Shown here one piece after another: positions 58,880 to 64,000 of a stretch of DNA of 64,000 nucleotides. Both the position numbers and the translations under genes were made by a program. Under the pieces are notes generated by a model. The model searched no databases, was not told the DNA's origin, and saw only the letters and a program-made list of their open reading frames with translations. Each line of letters starts with the position of its first letter. The first letter of the stretch is position 1. This stretch comes from an uncultured delta proteobacterium (GTDB taxonomy: Bacteria; Desulfobacterota; Desulfomonilia; UBA1062), in contig CAWCTR010000005.1 of assembly GCA_963798485.1 (NCBI GenBank), positions 70,718 through 134,717 of the forward strand, read 5' to 3'.

Positions 58880-60280
58880 GTGGCAGAATATAGCGATAGG
58901 AAAGACAGAACAATAACGACCAGGTGGCAAATCACCTGTGATCTAGCAAAATATCTCTTGAGCCAGGATATAAACCACATGGATGATTGGGGCGGTAAAG
59001 AGGTCATCAGAGACATTTTGCCGGAGGTCTATCAGAAGAATTTCGACCTGATCCAACCCGATCTCATCAATTGTATCCTCGAGAAGAAAAACAGGGAGAC
59101 GGCAATAAACTTCGCCGAATGCATGGGGAGATATGTGAACTGGGTCCATGAAGGCCTGGATGAAGGCAGAAAGGTGTGTTACCACTATTTCATCCATAAT
59201 GTCGAACCCATGCTCGCCCTCGACATCGTGCCCATCTGCTTCGAGGTGCTCTCGGGACTCACTGCCGCGCTCTACACCGACGGCTGCGAGGAAGGGATCG
59301 ATGCCATCGAAGGCGAAGGGTATCCCGATCATCTATGCTCTTCCAACAAGGGTGCCGCAGGGTTCCTCCTTAAAGGTTATCTACCGAAGCCCGACTTTTT
59401 CCTGAAGGGCGCAAACCCCTGTGATGCCAGCAATCGCGTTTATGACTGGGCGTCACACAAATCCAAAGTCCCGCTCGTTACCATGGAGACACCGTACTAC
59501 TTTAACAAGCGGGCACACACATTCATGGTGAAAGAAACAAAGAGGATGATAGAACAGCTTGAAAGGTTAACCGGCAAGAAACTCGACGAAGGAAGGCTCA
59601 GGGAATATGTCAAATACGGCAATGAAGCGATAGAGTACATCCTCAAGATCCAGGATCTGAAGAAGAAAGTCCCCTGCCCGGATGCAGGGTGGCACAGGCC
59701 GGCTGACACGATCTTGATGACCCAGATAGGGACTGAATACGGGGCGGCTTATTACAAGAATCTATACAATATTATCAAGGAACGGGCTGACAAGGGGGAA
59801 GGTGTCATCCCGGAAGGGAAGAAAGAAAGGCGCCTGGCTTGGGGATATACCTGGGAGTGTTTTGATCTTCCGTTCTTCAACTGGCTTGAGGCCGAACACG
59901 GTGCCATCTACACAGAGGATACCCTCACGTACCTTCCTCCCATTACCGGCTATGTCGACACGACAAGTATGGAGACCATGATCGAAGGCCTTGCATGGAG
60001 GGCAATGCAGATGCCCATGGCACGGCAAACCATGAGCTTTTCGGATGTGTGGATCAATGATTTTGTAGAGATATGCAGGGCATTCAAGGTGGATGCGCTG
60101 ATCCTGGGGGGACACATGGCCTGCAAGCATTACTGGGCTCTGAACAAGCTCCTGTCTGACAAGGTGAGGGAGGAAACGGGTATACCCACCCTGAGATTCG
60201 AGATGGACATGATGGACAAGAGGTTTACCAATCCATCGGAACTGAGAAAGATAATGAATGACTTTTTCGCCACGTTCTAG
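58880..60280 (+). CDS. 2-hydroxyacyl-CoA dehydratase / aryl-CoA reductase subunit (BcrB/BzdO-like)
   Basis: DHLCS..KG, NPCD, GHMACK, GIPTL.FE.D. Confidence 0.85.
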   Translation: MAEYSDRKDRTITTRWQITCDLAKYLLSQDINHMDDWGGKEVIRDILPEVYQKNFDLIQPDLINCILEKKNRETAINFAECMGRYVNWVHEGLDEGRKVCYHYFIHNVEPMLALDIVPICFEVLSGLTAALYTDGCEEGIDAIEGEGYPDHLCSSNKGAAGFLLKGYLPKPDFFLKGANPCDASNRVYDWASHKSKVPLVTMETPYYFNKRAHTFMVKETKRMIEQLERLTGKKLDEGRLREYVKYGNEAIEYILKIQDLKKKVPCPDAGWHRPADTILMTQIGTEYGAAYYKNLYNIIKERADKGEGVIPEGKKERRLAWGYTWECFDLPFFNWLEAEHGAIYTEDTLTYLPPITGYVDTTSMETMIEGLAWRAMQMPMARQTMSFSDVWINDFVEICRAFKVDALILGGHMACKHYWALNKLLSDKVREETGIPTLRFEMDMMDKRFTNPSELRKIMNDFFATF

Positions 60281-60309
60281 AGACACTTGGGAATTCAACA
60301 TGAAGGGGG

Positions 60310-61122
60310 GTGGCTTTTAAGATGATCGTATTGGGTTGTGATGTCGGGACCATGTTCACCAAGACAGTGCTCATGGATAATGGGAATGTAATAGCCCATG
60401 ATTTAACTCGCAACACAGGCAATCTGAACAAAATCGTTGAGTCATCGATTCAGAATGTCGTCTCAGGTGCAGGAGTATCCATTGAGGATATCGGGATATG
60501 TGGAGGAACGGGGATGGGCGATAAATATATCCATATCCCCCATATCAAGGAGGGAAAGATCAAGTGCCTGGCTAGGGGGTCCTTCTGGGCTGTTCCCGAG
60601 TCCAGGACAGTGGTGGACCTAGGTGGACTCTCCACCTCAATCATCTCCCTGAACGATTCGGGTAAGGTCCTTGAGTATCGAACGAGTGACAAGTGCGCAA
60701 CAGGTTCTGGTTTCTTTCTGGAACTGGCGGCCCAGGCATTGGAATTGACAGTTGAGGAAATGGGGAACATCATTCTGCCGCCCGAAGATCGTGCACATAT
60801 GAGCACACAGTGCGCTGTGTTTTGCGAGAGCGAGATCGTGAGTCATATCAACGATGGAGTCGATGTTAGGAGCATTGTTTCGGGGATCAACTTTTCCCTG
60901 GGGAGCGGTATCGCCACCATGATAAACAGGCTCGGCGCAAAACCTCAGGTTCTCCTGATAGGAGGTGTGGCCAAGAGCAGGGGTATCATACATGCCCTTG
61001 AGGAACACTTGGAGATGAAGGTTATCAGCCCCGTATCGGTGGATCAGCAGCTTATCGGAGCAATAGGCGCCGCACTTTGTGCCCGCGAAAGTGCCCAATC
61101 TGGAATAGGAGGCAGCCGATGA
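60310..61122 (+). CDS. ASKHA ATPase activator subunit (BcrD/BzdP-like)
   Basis: GCDVGT..TK, VDLGG, DKCATGSG, QCAVF.ES, GGVAK, GAIGAA. Confidence 0.88.
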   Translation: MAFKMIVLGCDVGTMFTKTVLMDNGNVIAHDLTRNTGNLNKIVESSIQNVVSGAGVSIEDIGICGGTGMGDKYIHIPHIKEGKIKCLARGSFWAVPESRTVVDLGGLSTSIISLNDSGKVLEYRTSDKCATGSGFFLELAAQALELTVEEMGNIILPPEDRAHMSTQCAVFCESEIVSHINDGVDVRSIVSGINFSLGSGIATMINRLGAKPQVLLIGGVAKSRGIIHALEEHLEMKVISPVSVDQQLIGAIGAALCARESAQSGIGGSR

Positions 61123-61961
61123 TCTTTGCCGGATGTGATGTAGGCTCCCTGACAGGGGAAGCGGTCATACTTGAAGACGAGAAGATCTTGAGCTCTGAGA
61201 TCATCCGCGTCAGGCCTCGTCCCGAGCAGACCGCCAGGGAGGTCACGGAAAAGGCCTTGGACAAGATCGGGATGAGCTTCGATGACATCGATTACTGCGT
61301 GAGCACCGGCTACGGCAGGGAAAAGATACCCTTTGCCCAGAGCAGCATCTCGGAGATCTCTTGCCATGGTAGGGGCGCCCAATGGGCCAATCCCGATGTC
61401 CGGACCATTATCGACATCGGGGGCCAGGACTGCAAGGTTATCAAGGTGGATAAGTACGGCTACATGGTGGACTTTGTTATGAACGACAAGTGCGCCGCAG
61501 GCACGGGAAGGTTCCTCGAGAGCATGGCCAAGGTGCTCAGTGTGGGGCTCGAAGACCTCGCTCCCCTATCTATGGAAGCGACCCATCGCATAACGTTGAC
61601 GAAAACCTGTACCGTTCTTTCGCAGATAGAGGTGATATACATGCTCAGCGACGGGATCGAGAGGTCCAGTATCGCGTCGGGGATCAGTTACGCTATGGCT
61701 GAAAGAATAAGCAAGCTGGTAAGAAGAGTGGGCATAAAGGAAAGCGTTGCCATTACCGGGGGCGTTGCGAAGAATTCCGCCGTGGTAAATGCCGTTATGG
61801 ATGTCCTTGGGATACATTTTGCAAGCCTCGGCGAGGTGGACCCCCAGATCGTCGGAGCCCTGGGCTCGGCGCTGTTCGCAAAGGAGCGGTGGCAGAAGGC
61901 CCGTCAGAGGGAGGCCGGCCCGGCCGGAGGAAACAAGGATACGAAGAGCGTATGTGCCTGA
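61119..61961 (+). CDS. ASKHA ATPase activator subunit (HgdC/BcrA/BzdQ-like)
   Basis: GCDVGS, STGYGR, EISCH, DIGGQD, MNDKCAAGTG, TCTV, GGVAKN. Confidence 0.92.
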   Translation: MIFAGCDVGSLTGEAVILEDEKILSSEIIRVRPRPEQTAREVTEKALDKIGMSFDDIDYCVSTGYGREKIPFAQSSISEISCHGRGAQWANPDVRTIIDIGGQDCKVIKVDKYGYMVDFVMNDKCAAGTGRFLESMAKVLSVGLEDLAPLSMEATHRITLTKTCTVLSQIEVIYMLSDGIERSSIASGISYAMAERISKLVRRVGIKESVAITGGVAKNSAVVNAVMDVLGIHFASLGEVDPQIVGALGSALFAKERWQKARQREAGPAGGNKDTKSVCA

Positions 61962-61999
61962 GGGCTTCACGTATGTTGGTCAATGCATAGGAGGACGGT

Positions 62000-62803
62000 A
62001 TGTGCGAATGCTGCAGCTCACACAAGAGACCCGTTAATGAAATCATCGCGGTAACAGGAAAGGGCGGGACCGGCAAGACCACGCTGGTGTCCCTCATGAC
62101 CCGCATTCTTCAGGAAAAGGGTTTCTCGGTTCTCGCAGTGGACGCAGACCCTGCGGTGAGCCTCACCTATGCCCTCGGGTGCTCTCCGGTCAGGACCATA
62201 GCCGACCTCAGGACCAAGATAATCGATGACCCGGATGAGAAGAGGAGGATCAAGGACATCCCCATGGAGGAGGTCATTGCGCAGGAGGCAGTCATGACGC
62301 TGAACGGATGCAGCCTGCTTGTCATGGGCAAGTCAGAGGGGCCGGGCTGCTTCTGCAAGATAAACGATCTCCTCAGGTATGGGATCAGCACGCTCTCGAA
62401 GCAATATGACTTCACTCTGGTCGATTGCGAGGCCGGAGTCGAGCAGATCAACAGGCGCGTGCTCGACACCATCACGAGGCTCTTCATGGTGACGGACACG
62501 ACCGCCAAGGGCCTCAGGACCGCATCGAGCATCCGCGGGATTGCCGGCGAGTATGGTGTGTGGGGGGATTTTACCAAAGGGGTGATCCTGAACAGGATCC
62601 GGGGCGCGGAGATAGACGAGATGATGAAGAAGGCCAGTGACCTCGACATCGATATCTTAGGCTTCATGCCTGAAGACCCTTGTATTACCGAACATGATCT
62701 TCTGGACATACCCATAATGGACATCCCGGACGATTCCCCCTGCCTGAAGGCGGTCAGGGATATCCTTAAAAGACAGGGCCTTTTTCATGAAGATCATCCA
62801 TGA
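62000..62803 (+). CDS. cooC: CooC/AcsF-like P-loop ATPase
   Basis: GKGGTGKTT, DADP, GPGCFC, DCEAG.E. Confidence 0.85.
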   Translation: MCECCSSHKRPVNEIIAVTGKGGTGKTTLVSLMTRILQEKGFSVLAVDADPAVSLTYALGCSPVRTIADLRTKIIDDPDEKRRIKDIPMEEVIAQEAVMTLNGCSLLVMGKSEGPGCFCKINDLLRYGISTLSKQYDFTLVDCEAGVEQINRRVLDTITRLFMVTDTTAKGLRTASSIRGIAGEYGVWGDFTKGVILNRIRGAEIDEMMKKASDLDIDILGFMPEDPCITEHDLLDIPIMDIPDDSPCLKAVRDILKRQGLFHEDHP

Positions 62804-62886
62804 GGTGTCGGCGTACATTCGATCGATCCGACGGTCCTACCGGGGCTGAATCCGCTCCAACAGGTGAATCCATAAGGAGAATACCC

Positions 62887-64000
62887 ATGGGTAAGAGCAT
62901 GGAAGATGATCTGTATCAGAGGCTCGGGAAGAAGATAGATGGCCTGACTATCAGGACCCCATGGAATGATACATTCCACAGCATCCTGAAAGAGCTCTAC
63001 ACGACTCAAGAGGCGGATGTGGTCGTGAACATGCCTTACACACTCTCTTCACTCAGGAAGATAGCCAAGGTAACGGGCGTTGAAGAACTCCTCCTGAAAA
63101 ACATCCTGGACGGGCTGTGCAAGAAGGGTCTGGTCATGGATTTCTGGAATGAACGCGACAAACAGTATTACTACATGCCCTCGCCACTTGCCATAGGGAT
63201 ATTTGAATTCACCATGATGAGAACAAAGGGCGATCTCAACACGAAGCACTGGGCGGAGCTGTTTCATAGATACTTTGACACGGTCTACCCTGCGAACTTC
63301 AACCATGGTGAAGGGGTCTCGATACTGAGGGTAATCCCCATTGAGGAAACGGTATCACCGGATGAGAGCATTGAATTTCTTCGATTACGAGAGGATATCG
63401 TCCCTGATCGAGAATGCCGACAGATTCGCCATAGGTCTGTGCTCCTGCAGAAACGAAAAGCTCCACATCGGGGAAAAGCGATGTGATGCCCCGCTTGAAT
63501 GCTGCAGCATGTTCGGACTCGCAGCCGACTACATGGTCAGGAACAACCTGGCTCGAGAAGTATCGAAATCCGAAATGCAGGACAACTTTGCACGTTCGAG
63601 AGAACTTGGACTGGTATTCTGCGCGTACAATTCGAAAAAGGACCCCCTCGCAATCTGCCATTGCTGCAAGTGCTGCTGCAATTATCTGGCAGGATTGAAC
63701 AAGTATGGATTCGGGAATGCCGTCATCACTTCCAGTTTCATTGCCAAGGTTGATGAAGACGCATGCAAAGGTTGCGGGAAATGTAAGGAGGCTTGCCCGG
63801 TCAATGCAATGAGCCTGGTATCGGCAAATGATCCCGACCATCCGAAGAAAAACAAAGGTCGGGTTGATACCGGAATCTGCATAGGGTGCGGTGTATGCGC
63901 ACTGAAGTGTGTCCCGGGTGCTGTTCATCTGGTGAACCGCGGGAAAAGGGTCATCCATCCGGAAACCTTGTTCGAGACAACGATCCTGTCCTGCCTTGAG
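62887..64000 (+). CDS. 4Fe-4S dicluster protein, apparent +1 frameshift near 63381, 3'-truncated by window edge
   Basis: GIFEF..RVIPIEE then in next frame DYER..GLCSCR, ICHCCKCCC, CKGCGKC...CP, CIGCGVC...C. Confidence 0.85.

Noticed and set aside
1-64000. tRNA, rRNA, integrase, transposase or prophage genes
   Set aside because: None recognised on either strand

Overview
Bacterial window that looks like an anaerobic Desulfobacterota-type genome (inferred from gene content). Five blocks: (1) 1-14.1 kb, tail of a type VI secretion locus: DUF6484, DUF2169, KAS-like protein, PAAR-like/Tox-GHH2 toxin with a low-GC partner, TIGR02270 and a TssB-TssC fusion, followed by a Ser/Thr phospho-signalling module (FHA-lytic transglycosylase, double FHA, PP2C, trypsin-like protease, kinase-PEGA). 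(2) 14.3-24.3 kb, an integron cassette array with about 12 intact or decayed attC sites, no integrase in the window (CALIN), and a candidate attI; most cassettes show exact start-core/attC complementarity. (3) 24.3-34.2 kb, two convergent operons with three CsgG/HfaB-like proteins, an outer-membrane barrel and a 1.7k-aa lipoprotein with 13 Cys-paired PKD repeats and an RCC1 tip, a candidate undescribed surface-display system. (4) 34.4-51 kb, metabolic and regulatory genes (ndk, flavin oxidoreductase, FadR, mnmA, larE, PAS kinase with sigma54 regulator) and a low-GC lipoprotein triplet. (5) 51.4-64 kb, a probable sigma54 catabolic operon (acyl-CoA dehydrogenase, 2 SCP2, AOR, CoA ligase, BzdNOPQ-like four-subunit enzyme, CooC, Fe-S protein). 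About eight genes are split by apparent single-base insertions, most likely sequencing errors. All family calls are from motif recognition, not database searches.
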